Assembly (NCBI RefSeq): GCF_009914755.1
Contig: NC_060947.1
Reading direction: 5' to 3' (one strand)
DNA: 64,000 nucleotides
Source of the DNA: the human T2T-CHM13v2.0 reference genome, Homo sapiens
Shown: in pieces, positions 35,946-51,164 of the stretch
Position numbering within the stretch: the first letter of the stretch is position 1
Layout of the letters: the number at the start of each line of letters is the position of its first letter
Notes under the pieces: model-generated
Databases searched by the model: none
What the model saw: only the letters and a program-made list of their open reading frames with translations
What the model was told of the DNA's origin: nothing
Position numbers and translations under genes: made by a program

Positions 35946-38900
35946 ATATTTTTAATTAAAATTGTTACTTAATAATCAGACACGTAGGTGACAAGGCACA
36001 TATCATCCAAAAGTCATAATTATAAGACAAAAATTAAAATGTAGGTTGAAACAAAGATATTAACATTTCTTTCTGCTCCTCCCTTTACCTAATAACTCCA
36101 TCGTCCAATTTAAAAAGGACTTTAATATCTACTAAATGAAATAACATTATCAAAAGAGAGATGCAACAGTTTGTATATATTGATTTGTATATGTTAATTC
36201 TCAGCATAGATGTACAAAGTGAATTTCCTCACATGCTCATGAAATCAATGAGCTTAATTCTATCTACATTTGATAAATATTATATAATCAGTGGTACCAA
36301 AAGGAAATTTTATGAGGCCATGAGCATGAGTATTAGAAAAGCTTTCCTACTTTAAAACTATATTTTCATCAAAAGTCATCAGGGTATATAAGTAAACACA
36401 GAAGTGTTATATGATGAAAAAGAAGTAATCCTCAACCATATTGTCTTTGTACTATTTAATATATGAACCTACATTTTTAACATACTTTTCTTAGATTAGT
36501 CATGTTAATTTTTAAAGGCAAATTTTCATATTTTTGGAAGACAGACTGAAATTAACATATGCAAGTATATTTTAAAATGAGATTCATTTGCTAACACTTT
36601 TGGAATAATGGAAAGAAATTAATATGTAAGAATACATGGCTAACTGGAGTATCAGCATTGATCTAAGTTAATTCATTTTATTACTTTTCTTTGTTTTCTA
36701 TTGCAGTGTAGAGTCCAAATAATTTGGTTTCATATCCCTTTATTTACTGAAGAAGATTTGTTTTGAATCTGTACTTTCCTCCAAATGGTGGCCCTTTATC
36801 TTTTTTAAAATAATCAAATCCTTTTTGTTAATATATCTAACTTGCATAGGCCCAAAGTTAATTAAAAGTAATCAAAATAATTCTTACCACAGACTTTATA
36901 AGTCTCTGAGTTGAAGTGATGCCATGAGTTAGTTTATTTCAAAAAACTCACTTTTATTTGAAGGTTCATTTTTGAAGGAATTTGAAATTCATGATATTAT
37001 GTATGGTAATAAACTCAATATCTACAATTACAATTGCCAGTAAATTAATGCATAAAAGGAAATAAGATCTGAAATATTTCAGAAAAGTATTTAAAATTTA
37101 CCTTAAAGATTGTAAAGTCATCAAAGAAAAAAATTGCTTTATATCTTTAATGCGTTGTTTTTTCTTTGATAATTTTTCAAAAACAATGTGTTTGATTACT
37201 TTTACTTCTGTCCCCTTTTTCCACATTTTATATGCCATTTTTGCTCATGATTTTTATTTAAATATTTTTAGTATTCTACTTGTGAATGTGGCATGCAGTA
37301 GTAAAGAAAGCCTAGAAATGATGCCATTCTCCCTTGGAAAGCAGAAGAGAGGGGATAAAGAGGGATTGGCTTTGGAATAAGCTTTTAGGCACATCCTTAG
37401 CTAGGATAAGCGGAAAGATACATCAGTTTCTCAAAGCTGTGCTGTTGTCAATTGACTCTTTTATCATCAGGACTCTGAGAACTGATTGTCAATGCCCCTA
37501 CCAGGTAACTCACTACACTCTTTTACACGTATCTCTTTACTGAACAATTCTACCACGAGACTCTGGCATCTTTGAAAACAGGAACTGCATGTTCTATACC
37601 CTCACATGATAGCTACTATTAAAAGTTGTTAAATAAAGTGATTAAATGCCCAGATGAGAAATGCAGCATGGTTCAAGATGCCAAGTATATCAGTATTTTT
37701 TTTATTGCAGTTTGTTCCAGTATGATTTTCTAGAGGCAAACAAGGAGAATCATCCATCCTGCCAGCAGCCAAATGTGTTTAAGCTTTGTGCTTAATTTTT
37801 TGTTACATATTTCAAGATTTACATTAAAGAGAATTAGTGTGATAATAATGTATCTTTTCAAGCCTAAAAACAGAAAACAGAATTTAAAGGCTAACAGAAA
37901 GTGACAAAAAGTTTTCTTGCACATTCTATATATAACCGTTGCTAAATATGTACCAATTTTTGTATTTTCTAGAGAAAGTTTCATACATAGTCTTTGCCCT
38001 AACAAATTTAGAGGCAGAGGAAACCTTACTGGAGGTGGAACATACACTCATTTCCAACCCTTGTGTATCAATAGTATAAAATGATGACTGAGAAAAGCCC
38101 AATAAAGTTTACTGAAATGATGGATTACATAGCTGAGAACCTCCACCCCAATTACATAACTAAAAGTATGGACAAGAAAAATATATAATAAGAAAGTAGC
38201 AAAATGATGAGGAAGTGAAGAGACAATATCTTGGGGAAGACAGAAACCCACAGAAGTGAAGCAGTACTTGCAGTATTTGATGCCAGTTTTCACAGGTTAT
38301 TGAGGGGCCAAGTAATGCCTGTGATAGGTTCAAAGGGCAGGTGATCAAAAGATGAATTCCAGGTCCTGCCAAGATGGAGAGCAGTCTTGTAAGGTATACT
38401 TTATTTAGAATAGTTCCTGCAAACCTGCATACAGGAATAAGTGTGAAACAGAAGGAAATAAGCCCTCGCATGAGCTGAAGCTCAGTTTCAGGTCATTTGG
38501 TCTCTAGAAAATCTCAAACCCTGAAGTTGGATTATGGTGATAATACATTGCTAGTGCCTCCAAACACTAGGCAGAAAAAAAATCCTCCCTAGAGGCTTTA
38601 GGACGAATACCTGAATCTAGGCATCAAATTCATATTCAGAACACAATAAAATATCTAAAAATGTGTACAGAAATGATCAATACATAATCATAACCTAGCA
38701 CATGAGGGGACAAGATAATTGAAACAGACTCACAATGAACATAGATATTATAATTAACAGACATAGTTATGCTAACTATGATCATGGAGGTAAGTATTGA
38801 ACTTAAAATATTTACCAAGAAATAAGAAAGTGTAAAAACTGACAAAACAATTTTTAAAAGAACCAACCAGAAATCATAGAACTGAAAGATACAATGACGA

Positions 38901-40199
38901 AAATTAAGAACATGGAAGGTGGATTTTACAGCATATTTAATATAGCTGAAACATTTATGATTTGGAAAGATGGGTCAGAAGAAACTACCCAGAATGAATC
39001 ATGAAGATAAAAGAGTGGAGAAAATACAGAAAAAAAGACAGAAACAGAGAATAAAATGAAAAGTTCTAAAACACATTTAATTGAAGTTTATAAGGAAAGA
39101 AAAAAATTGAAACAAAAAAGGGCTACAAATTTTCCAAAACTAACAGAAAATATCAATCCACACATTCAAGAATCACAACAAATTGCATGAAAGATAAACA
39201 AAAGAAAATCAGACATAGGCATATTATAATATACCTGCAAAAAACCAACACAAAATACAAAGGACATCTTAAAAATAGCTAATGAAGGGATCACATTTAA
39301 AGCATCAACAGTCAAAAGGACAGCTGCCTTTGCAACAACAACAACAATAAAATCCAGAAGCTGAAGGACTATAACTTCAATGTGTTAAAATGACTACCAA
39401 CATAAATTATTTCTCACAAAAGTATCCTTCAATGATGGATGTGAAATAAAGACATAGACTGACCAAAAAAAAAAAATCCATTACTAACCAATTAAAATCC
39501 ACAAAAATAATAGTATGTAAATCAACAAAGGAAGTAATTGTAATGAAGAGTCTACATTTCCAGTGTTTTCTAAGAGAACAGTGAAATAATCAACAAATAA
39601 AAGATTTTGGTAATTTTATCACGCATGTTGTAGTTTCTAGAGAAAAATGAATAGAGGAATCAAAGAATATAAAACTAAAAGCATCATAGAGGGATAAGGA
39701 ATAATAAAAATGTGCAATTCAAAATAATGCAAGGAAGCAGAAAAAGGGACTCCTAAAACAAGTGGGACAATAAGAATGCAAATAATAACTAGTATTTGTA
39801 AAGTGAACACATTAGCTAATGAAGGAAATAGAATGACTCTGCCAAAATAAAGAAAACAATTCAGACTTGATTTTTAAAATCAACTATGTGCTATTTACAA
39901 GAGAATTATGTGAAATAAAAAGATATAAAAAGGTTGACAAAGTATAGGAAAAGTTTTATCATGTAATCACTAATCAAAACAAATCTAGTATAGTTATCTT
40001 AATAACAGATAAAATACATATTAAAGCCAAAAAGCAATAATAGATATATAGAAATTACTTCCGAATGATCAAAAATGTAATTCTCTGGAAGGCCATAACT
40101 ATTCTAAATTACTGCACCTCAAATGAAATGGACTCTACATACACAGGCAAAAATGGACAAAATTACAAGTAGACAAAGAAAAATTTTAAATAATGATGA

Positions 40200-40545
<346 letters not shown>

Positions 40546-41064
40546 TCAAGCAGATCAAATAAAACACAAAATAGAGAATATTTTAATAGTTTTAACAAAT
40601 TTGATGTAAACTATATATACAAAACACTTTCTCCAAAACATGCACAACACACATTTTTTTTTTCAGACAGACAGGAAACACTTTAAATAATCGAGTATAT
40701 TCTGGGCCATAAAATAACGTTAAGATAATTTGAAAGAATTGAAAATTACAAATTACAGTCACTAATCACAATGTAATTAAATGTAAATATCAATAATAAA
40801 TACCTAAAAATCTCCCTAACTTAGGAACTTAGGAGATTGATAAATGCACTTTAAATAAACCACAGAGAAAAGAAGAAAAAAAAACAGAAAGTAGAATGTA
40901 TTTTGAAATGACTGAAAAATAAAATACACCATAACATTTAGAGTATAATGTTCAACATATACTTAGAGGAAAGTTTACAGTTTAAAAGCCATATGTTAGA
41001 GAGTAAGAAAGGGTAAAAATTGATGAACTAACAATAAAATAATACCCATATTAAGAAAATAGCA

Positions 41065-41389
41065 GGCCAGGCGCAGTGGCTCATGCCTGTAATCCCAGCA
41101 CTTTGGGAGGTCGAGGCAGACTGATCACGAGGTCAGGAGTTTGAGACCAGCCTGATCAACATGGTGAAACCCCGTCTCTACTAAAAATACAAAAGTTAGC
41201 CAGGCGTGGTGGCACACCCCTGTAATCCCAGCTATTCAGGATGCTGAGGCAGGAGAAACACTTGAAACCGGGAGGCTAAGGTTGCAGTGAGCTGAGATCA
41301 CAGCCACTGCACTCCAGCCTGGGCAACAGAGCGAGACTCTATCTCAAAAAAAAAAAAAAAAGAAAAAAGAAAAAGAAAAAGACAAAAAA

Positions 41390-41411
<22 letters not shown>
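41065..41411 (+). mobile_element. Alu (AluS-like) with long A/GA tail
   Basis: TSD aagaaaatagca at 41053-41064 and 41412-41423. Confidence 0.95.
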
Positions 41412-41420
<9 letters not shown>

Positions 41421-43741
41421 GCAAAAGAAAAATAAAATAAACCCAAAGAAAATAAAGCAAAATGTTATAATAAGAACAAAAATTGATGAAATAGAGTTCA
41501 AATCCATAACTTAGTATCACCAAACTAAAAGTTAATTCTCTAAAAGGATAAATTCAATAAATAAACTCTTTGCAAGAATGATCAAGAAAAATAAACGCTG
41601 AAAAAGCCACTGTCAGAATGAAAAAGAAATATCACTACAGATCCAACACACATAGAAAATACTATATGATAGCATCAACAACAATATCATGGAAAACTTG
41701 AAAAATTAAACCAAATTCTAGAAAAGCACACCTAACTAAAATTGACCAAAAAAAAAGAAATAGAAAAGATGTGTAATAATGAATTTACAACTTCATTGTT
41801 TAAAATTCTGAAACAGAATCCATAACTTAAATTCCCTCAAAGCACACTCCAGAATTAGATGGCTTCGGAACAACAAAACCAACATTACACAAAAGTACTT
41901 CTAAAGAGCAGAAAAAGAGGAAACATATCCCATCTCATTTTATAATAGCAGTATAACTATAACATCAAACCCTGAAAAAGACATTATGAAAAAGTATTAA
42001 AATTAATTCCTTTCATAAGCACAGATACAAGTCTAAACAAATTATCAGCAAATTAAAATCTAGTGATAAATAAAAAATTAAATAATAAAAAAGAAAGGAA
42101 AATAGATAATACATCATGACCAAGCGGATGTAAATAAAGATAAATAAAATTTAAATATAGATTAAAAGATAAATAAAAAGATAATACATCCTGACCAGAG
42201 GGTTTTATTGCAGGAATACAAGATTTATTTAACGTTAAAAATATCAAACATTTTAATTCATAAACTGAACTGGAACAAAAGAAGAAAATCATATATATCA
42301 ATGATGAAAATGTATTTACAAAATTTAGTACTCATTACTGATAAAAGCTATTGATATAGAAAAGGAATAAAATGCCTTGAATTTAATGAAGAACATCTAA
42401 ATTACCACAGCAAACATCATTGAAAGTTTTCTTTCTTACATCAGAAACAAGACAAATATGCATGTTAATAATACTGTTATCGCTTCTATTTATCATTTTA
42501 AAAGCTGTTCCAGCCAGTTCAATGAGGCAAAAAATACTTATATACTGTAAGTGGAGACATAAGGTTTCAAAAGAAAAAAAATAAATGGCTATGAATTGTC
42601 ACTAATTATCAGATACTATTTTACATACCAAACTACAGTAATTAAGACAATACAATATTTGCGGAAAAATAGACAAGTAGGCCAATGGAAAAGGCTAGAG
42701 AGTTTTGAAATATACCTACATATATAGTCACTTGATTTATGAAAATTGGAATGCAGTAGGGAAAGAACTGTCTTTTTTGTAAATAGTCCTGGATCAACTA
42801 GATATTTATGAGGAAAAAATTAACCTTGACTTCTAATTAGCATAATAAAAAAGACTTCCAGATGAGTTCTCTATCTAGCTGTGAAAGGTAAAACAATATA
42901 GTGTCTAGAAGAAAATGTGGTAGAACATCTTCATAACCATGGAATTGGCAACAATTTTTTAACTAGGACAAAAAATAATCAAAAATGGTAAAAACTGATC
43001 AATTAGAATATATTAAGATTGGCATAAGTGGAGATAGATTGACTATAAACTTCCAACAAAGTTCTTATTTCCAAAATACATAGATAACTTTTATAAAGCA
43101 ATAAGTAAAAGGGAGACTACCCTATAGAAACAATGAACAAAAGACTTGATTAACAACTCCACAAAAGAGGATATCAAAATGGCCAATAATCATATTAAAC
43201 ACAGTAACTTCCATCGTTTCAAATTACATAAGGTTTTACAACTGGCATATTTATCTTTTAGAACTTTAAGAAGTTGGATAGTAGTTATCTTTGGGAAGGA
43301 GTTGCAACTGGAAGGAGGTGTGTGGAGGGTCCTGAGTTTTAGAAGTAGATGGCATGTCTGCACAATTTCTTTTTTTTTTTTTTTACAGTACTGTGATGTG
43401 GTTCTTTTTCCTGATCTGGATGATGGTTACATGAGCGTGTTCAGTTTATGAAAATTCATCAAGCTGTATATTTGTGATTTATTCACATTTCTGTTCCTAT
43501 GTACATTATACTTGAGTAATAAGTGTATAAGCACACACATTAAAAAACTAAGGCAAACTAATGACAACAACCACAAAAACTTCACTGTGTGAATAAAAAA
43601 AAAAATTCCAGGCCAAATCCAGCCTGCAGACCACCAGTTTACGATGTTTTCCTGGTAAATGTATTATAAATTTAAAGGTTAAAAAAGTCTTAAAATAATA
43701 GTAAAGAACATTTGGAAGAAAGAACAACCTTTATGACCTCA

Positions 43742-44141
<400 letters not shown>

Positions 44142-46060
44142 CTAATATGACAGAAAATTTAAAATATTGTTAATAAATTTTAAAATACATATATTGGCTA
44201 TCTCTTGTTGGGAAATTATGATAATTTTTATTTCTTCTTTGAACAATTCCTTACTTTTAAAAATAAACATCTAAGTATAAATATCTGAATAGCATATAAT
44301 GAATATTTAAAAATATATATTCATAAATCAAGAAATCTCAACCACTACCTCAAATGTATTTTTATTTCTTAATACCAGATGACTTTTATTTCACTAATTA
44401 GAATTGTACTTCACCATATAATATCACCCATTACCTCACACTACCCATATTGTTCCATTCTGGGTGAGTATATATTTTAACATTCAAACTGTTGCCTTCT
44501 CAACTTTTCTGTGTACCCTTGAAATCTTAAATATATATCTAACATTTTACTAAAGATATTATTTCTCATAGTCAACAAATAAACAGCAGGCTTTCTTGTT
44601 TTATAAAAACATATTGTAAAGTGATAAAAATCACTCTAGTCACATACCATAGTAAAAATCAATAAAAAGATGTGCACTCCAGGAAAACTGTCTTTTTGAT
44701 AGGGTTTTTGTAATATATAAAACAAACTAAACTAAAAAACTTTAATCTTCCTTAAACATTAATATCATAGATAATAATTTTATATCTTACAGTCTCTTCT
44801 AATCTTGTGAGCTTTGCTCCATTGCTACTGTCATTTACTAAAGTACTGATACTTCTGTGATTCCAGTATTTGACTCATCATTCAAATATTAAGCCTTGAG
44901 AGCTCCCTATCTGTGTCTCTATCAACTTAATTATTTTGTTCCCTAAAATGTTCTTTCAAGTGATTTTCCTAATACATCCTTATTATGACTGTTATATTCC
45001 ATGAACTAATACTAGGTAGGTATCCATACCAGAGTTTGTAGCATTCTTATCATAAATCTTGAGTCATAATCACCTACACACTAGTTTTGTTTGCCACTTG
45101 TAAACAAGGATATTACTACCAATCTGAAATTCTTTAATGTGGCATTCCAATTCTCTGAAATTAAAAATTAATACATTTGGCTTGGAATTGGTGTAAGTGA
45201 AAAAATCACATCGATCATGAGTTTAAACTAGATATTCATGTATCAAATGAACCATGAAAACCATAGAGAATAAGCATTTTAGAAATAGATGGCACATCTG
45301 CAACATCTTTCTTACAGAACTATCTCTGCTGTGGTTTCTTTCTCAGTTATTAATGTCACCATGACACTCAACTGACATTTTGAAATTATTAATGACAGTG
45401 CCACATGTCAACGAACTTTTTGTCAGGGTATTGACCAAAGCATACAAATGTAAGTGACTGGATTCTAGCCTCACTTTTTCCTTTTCCATTTTGGTTTCCA
45501 TCCTCTTTTAAAGGATCTTAAGTCAAGTACGCTGATTTGCTGAATGAGAGCTGGGCTCTTCAGTTTTTTTTCTTTTTCAGTTGACTCTGGCTCTCAATAT
45601 GTAAACAACTCAAGAAGGAAATATTGATATGAGAGTTAAATACTGGGATTTCATAACCTAATAAATACTCACGTGCGCAGTGTAAGTAATGGATAAGAGT
45701 TGTTCTCGGATGTATTCCAGAATTTCAAAATAAACTTATGAGGCTCAAGGGTCTGCCGGTGGCATTTATATCTCATTATTTCTAAAAGGATTCTATTTAG
45801 CAAATATTTACTTCATGTTTACTATGTGCAAGACACAGCAATAGATATATACAGGTGAGTAAGGTACAATTCTTAACACTCTAGGGTGTATGTTAATTTG
45901 GCTCTTACATGAAGTACCTCTTCTAACTAGGTTTTTTTTTTTTTTTCTAAATCAGCGTAGTACCTTCATACTTTTGGAACTTCTCATTAGAAATGAGAAC
46001 CAGCTGCCCTTATCACATTCATATCATTCAGTTAATATATGATTTAAACAATATATTTAA

Positions 46061-46361
<301 letters not shown>

Positions 46362-47877
46362 TCCAAAATTTTAATTCTTAATCAGTGAGTTGTTAACTTG
46401 TTTCCAAACTACAAGCTATTAAGAAACGTAAGTACTTAGAGGATAAAAGGACAGATTAACTATTAATGTAATGTGCCTGCAATAGTTGACACCCTACTTA
46501 GCATGACCATTATGTACTACAGCCTACAAAATTATTCTTCATGCTCCCACAGCAGAGCTAGTGCACCATATGGCCATGCTTGTTTTTCATCAAATAATTT
46601 TTACATAAACAGCTGGTGAACTGCTTTTATTGTAACAGTGCACATATTTTTTCAGACAGTTGGGAAGGATTGATGCAACTCTAGTCACTGCCTGTTTTTA
46701 TGTCAATGCTAAAAAGAAATTTGATTTGATATTTTAAAAATGTAGACTTTTGTATTTGTTTGATCATGGTCAGTTCATAAGAGATTTTTTTTCACTTAGT
46801 GCTGTAATTACTGGCATGTTTACAAACTTGTAGCAAGAAATAAAAAGTAATCATAAGGGATCTTCAACCTAACATGGTATACTCAGTGTTTATTTTTATA
46901 CTCTTTTGGATTTTTAGCAGCAGAGCTGATATGTTGTGGACAATTTTATAGGCAGTTTTAATGTTACTATATTTGGTTTTGAAACATAGCTTCAACACAT
47001 TCTGATAAGTGACATAATAACCAGAAGATTTTTAGCAGTTTTGTGTGTACCTGTGATTTGAGTTGATCTGATGACTATTTGCTCCAGAAGCATCCCCTCA
47101 ACCTCCATAATAAGAAATTTTATCTGTTAAAGTCACTAGTGGGTTCAAAAATACAAATAGAGAAATTTTCTTTTGAATTCTAAGTAATGACGACCACTCA
47201 GATTTTTTTTGTAAGGAGGTTATCACAATGCTTATTAGAATGTTAAATTGTAAATCTTTAAATCTTTACATCAAATTTTATATTTAATGCCTCATCTCCC
47301 TGTAACCAGAAGTTACTCCCATTAGAAAACTGGTAAGGAGTCACGTATCATGATACCTCATTGATTACTTTTTCATAGAATATTAGAGACCATGCAATAT
47401 ATTTCATTATGGAGGAGAATGAATGCTTACTATTGTGCCATTGAAAATTTTAGAACCTTGAGGTAAGAAGAATTAAGAACATCTATCTGTCACACACTAA
47501 TGATAATTATATGTAAAATGTAAGATGAAGGAAGTTTTCCCAACCCTACTGCTTCCATTATATTCACCTATCTGTCCTTTATAGCTTCATTTCATTTAGT
47601 GACCCATATTTTCACAAAATATTTTATTTTATATATAAAATGGAAAAAGAAGGGACCTTATTACAATTTGCTTAAGCTATAACTTTCTGTTGAAGAAACT
47701 CATCTGAAATAAGCTTTACAATAATAAATGCATTTGGCAACTTGTCACTTAAACATATAACAATTCAAACCAATTTCTTTATGTGAATTTTAACTGATGT
47801 CCTGCTGTTTCTTTTCTCCCAAACCTATGATATTCATATGGATGTTTAGAAAATGAATTAGGTGAGACAATCTAATT

Positions 47878-48195
47878 CCCTTTGTAGAGACATGGATGAA
47901 GCTGGAAACCATCATTCTCAGCAAACTATCACAAGGATGAAAAACAAAACACCGCATGTTCTCACTCATAGGTGGGAACTGAAGAATGAGAACACATGGA
48001 CACAGGAAGGGGAACATCACACACCGGGGACTGTTGTGGGGTGGGGGAAGGGGGGAGGGATAGCATTAGGTGATATACCTAATGCTAAATGACGAGTTAA
48101 TGGGTGCAGCACACCAACATGGCACATGCATACATATGTAACAAACCTGCACGTTGTGCACATGTACCCTAAAACTTAAAGTATAATAAAAAAAG
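47878..48195 (+). mobile_element. 5'-truncated L1PA (PA3/PA4-like) 3' end
   Basis: catggatgaagctggaaaccatcattctcagc...gtaccctaaaacttaaagtataataaaaaaa. Confidence 0.93.
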
Positions 48196-48329
48196 AATGC
48201 AAATTAAATATGTTTTTGGATGAAGTAAATGATCAATTTTGGATAACTACTGATTTACATGTGTTTATCATATAATTAAAAGTAACATGTTGTACTGTGA
48301 AAAAAAAAAGAAAGAAAAAGAAAATACAT

Positions 48330-48732
48330 ATAACATCTCCAGATCACAGGGAAACTACATTTGCTGCCCATTATACAAAATCAGGTTTCCTAGGCTCAGG
48401 ATTCCTCTCCTGTAACGCAATCTACCGCATGTGCCTGTGTCACCCAGACCTTTTCACGTCACCCTGTGGGAACTGTGGATTGAGGAATCAGTGGAAGAAA
48501 ATGCTGATACTCTGAAAAATGCTGATACCCTGAAAAATGCTGATACCCTATGGGAACTGTGGCTTAAGGGATAGGTGGAAGAAAATGCTAGTACTACTGC
48601 TATGGTTAATACAGTTTTTTTGTCTCTTACCCAAGAGCTTTGTGTCTTCTGCCAGCATAAATGAAACAGTGACAGGCTAACTTGTTAGGTGGCAAGAAGG
48701 GCAAAGTCTCAGACTCTTTACAGCTCTTGACA
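48330..48732 (+). mobile_element. LTR37-like ERV1 LTR fragment
   Basis: End gggcaaagtctcagactctttacagctcttgaca resembles LTR37; the left edge is approximate. Confidence 0.5.
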
Positions 48733-49087
48733 GCAAGTACATATCTCTGTTTTTCCTGTTTGTAAACGAAAATCTATTAATAGACTTTAGAAGATGTAAA
48801 CATAGATAACATTTAATTTTTTTTTCATTTTTCTCCTGTTTTGCTTTATGATAAACTTAATGTGTATTACCAGTTCAAACTTCAAGCCAATTAACTGGCT
48901 TAAAATAGCCCATTAAAATTTGATATATGTAATACAGTGAGGAGTAGAAGTAAAACAAGGAATACGGTTTTGACATCAGTTATCAAACTGAATTTACAAC
49001 TATTTTAACATGTCTGCTTATAGTACTGCATTTTAACAGAACACCAAGCTCACTGAGGTTAAGAAATCATGATAAAAGTAAATTCTA

Positions 49088-49493
49088 GACCCAGTATACT
49101 GGCTCATGCTTGTAATCCTACCACTTTAGGAGGCTGAGGCAGGAGAATCCCTTGAGACCAGGCATTCCAGAAAAGCCTGGGCAACATAGCAACACCTCAT
49201 CGCTACAAAAACTTTTTTTAAAAAAAATTAGCTGGGTGTGGTGGCACTCACCTGTCATCCTAGCTACTCAGGAGGCTGAGGCAGGATGATCACTTGAACC
49301 CAGCAGTTGAAGATTCCAGTGAGCTATGATTTTCCTACCCACCCGCCACCACGCCCCGCTAATTTTTGTATTTTCAGTAGAGACAGGGTTTCACTATCTT
49401 GGCCAGGCTAGTCTTGAACTCCTGACCTCATGATCCACCTGCCTCAGCCTCCCAAAGTGCTGGGATTACAGGCGTGAGCCACCGCTCCTGGCC
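49088..49493. mobile_element. Fused inverted Alu pair: AluJ-like (+, ~49088-49330) and AluS-like (-, ~49340-49493)
   Basis: The forward Alu ends at gtgagctatgatt without a tail; a reverse Alu left arm follows and ends ...accgctcctggcc. Confidence 0.88.
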
Positions 49494-49839
49494 CCATTAT
49501 GGTATTAATGGATGTTTATTAGTAACATTACATGGTTACGCCACCTATATGATTGTCTTATAATAGTTCTGGCTTCAAAAAGTTACTCACCTAGAACTTA
49601 TTTAGCATTAATTACAAAGCACCTTCACCCTGTTATTTTTGTTATTGTGAAATTTGGAATTTGGTTAATTATGACCAAAAATATTAGGAATCAATTATAG
49701 ACTAAGCAATAAAGTGAGTCTTAAAATGTCTGAGATTTCAAAAATCAGTTGAGTAATATACAATACTATCACGGTTATATGAAATTGAAAATCTAATGAA
49801 ATTACTCAAATTTTGGGCATCTACAAAGCTAAAAATAAG

Positions 49840-50796
49840 AGGGGTGGAGCCAAGATGGCCGAATAGGAACAGCTCCGGTCTACAGCTCCCAGCGTGAGCG
49901 ACGCAGAAGACGGGTGATTTCTGCATTTCCATCTGAGGTACCGGGTTCATCTCACTAGGGAGTGTCAGACAGTGGGCGCAGGACAGTGGGTGCAGCGCAC
50001 CATGCACGAGCAGAAGCAGGGCGAGGCATTGCCTCACTCGGGAAGCGCAAGGGGTCAGGGAGTTCCCTTTGCTAGTCAAAGAAAGGGGTGACAGAGGGCA
50101 CCTGGAAAATCGGGTCACTCCCACCCTAATACTGCGCTTTTCCAACGGGCACATGGCTCAGAGGGTCCTATGCCCACGGAGTCTCGCTGATTGCTAGCAC
50201 AGCAGTCTGAGTCAGTGTGGCGATTCCTCAGGGATCTAGAACTAGAAATACCATTTGACCCAGCCATCCCATTACTGGGTATATATCCCAAGGACTATAA
50301 ATCATGCTGCTATAAAGACACATGCACACATATGTTTATTGTGGCACTATTCACAATAGCAAAGACTTGGAACCAACCCAAATGTCCAACAGCGATAGAC
50401 TGGATTAAGAAAATGTGGCACATACACACCATGGAATACTATGCAGCCATAAAAAATGATGAGTTCATGTCCTTTGTAGGGACATGGATGAAACTGGAAA
50501 TCATCATTCTCAGCAAACTATCACAAGGACAAAAAACCAAACACCGCACGTTCTCACTCATAGGTGGGAATTGAACAATGAGAACACATGGACACAGGAA
50601 GGGGAACATCACACTCCGGGGACTGTTGTGGGGTGGGGGGATGGGGGAGGGATAGCATTAGGAGATATACCTAATGTTAAATGACAAGTTAATGGGTGCA
50701 GTACACCAACATGGCACATGTATACATATGTAACAAACCTGCACATTGTGCACATGTACCCTAAAACTTAAAGTATAATAATAATAAAAAGAAAAA
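49840..50796 (+). mobile_element. Internally deleted L1PA (PA3/PA4-like): 5'UTR start fused to ORF2 end and 3'UTR
   Basis: ggggtggagccaagatggccg 5' end; junction gcagtctgag|tcagtgtggcg at 50210/50211; poly-A; 15-bp TSD aaagctaaaaataag at 49825-49839 and 50797-50811. Confidence 0.95.
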
Positions 50797-51164
50797 AAAG
50801 CTAAAAATAAGTAATATTTGACCTGTGCTTATTAACAAATTAAATAAAGTGCCTAATTAAGCATAACGCATATACAGCTTATTGGATATTTGTTTTCCTC
50901 AAAGATCCTTGTGATTCTATTCTGATACAATATGTGTATTATTATTATTATGAAATAGTATTAATAGGACATATGCCAGAACCTAAATGTACGTATGCAT
51001 ACATGTGTGTAAACCATCCCCAATCAAAATATAGAGTAAAATGTTAGTGCATCATAAAGATCAATCACGTCTTTCCAAGCTAATCACAATAGAACACCTC
51101 CACATGACCCCTCTTCTACAGTTTTGATTTCAACTGTACATTAGATTTGCTTGTTCCAGAATTT

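Noticed and set aside
38081-38116. C/D box snoRNA-like motifs (atgatga ... ctga)
   Set aside because: The span is too short, there is no terminal stem and no host intron is evident.
50191-50574. 127-aa fusion ORF across the mini-L1 junction
   Set aside because: It has a TTG start and is simply the L1 ORF2 C-terminus; there is no evidence of translation.
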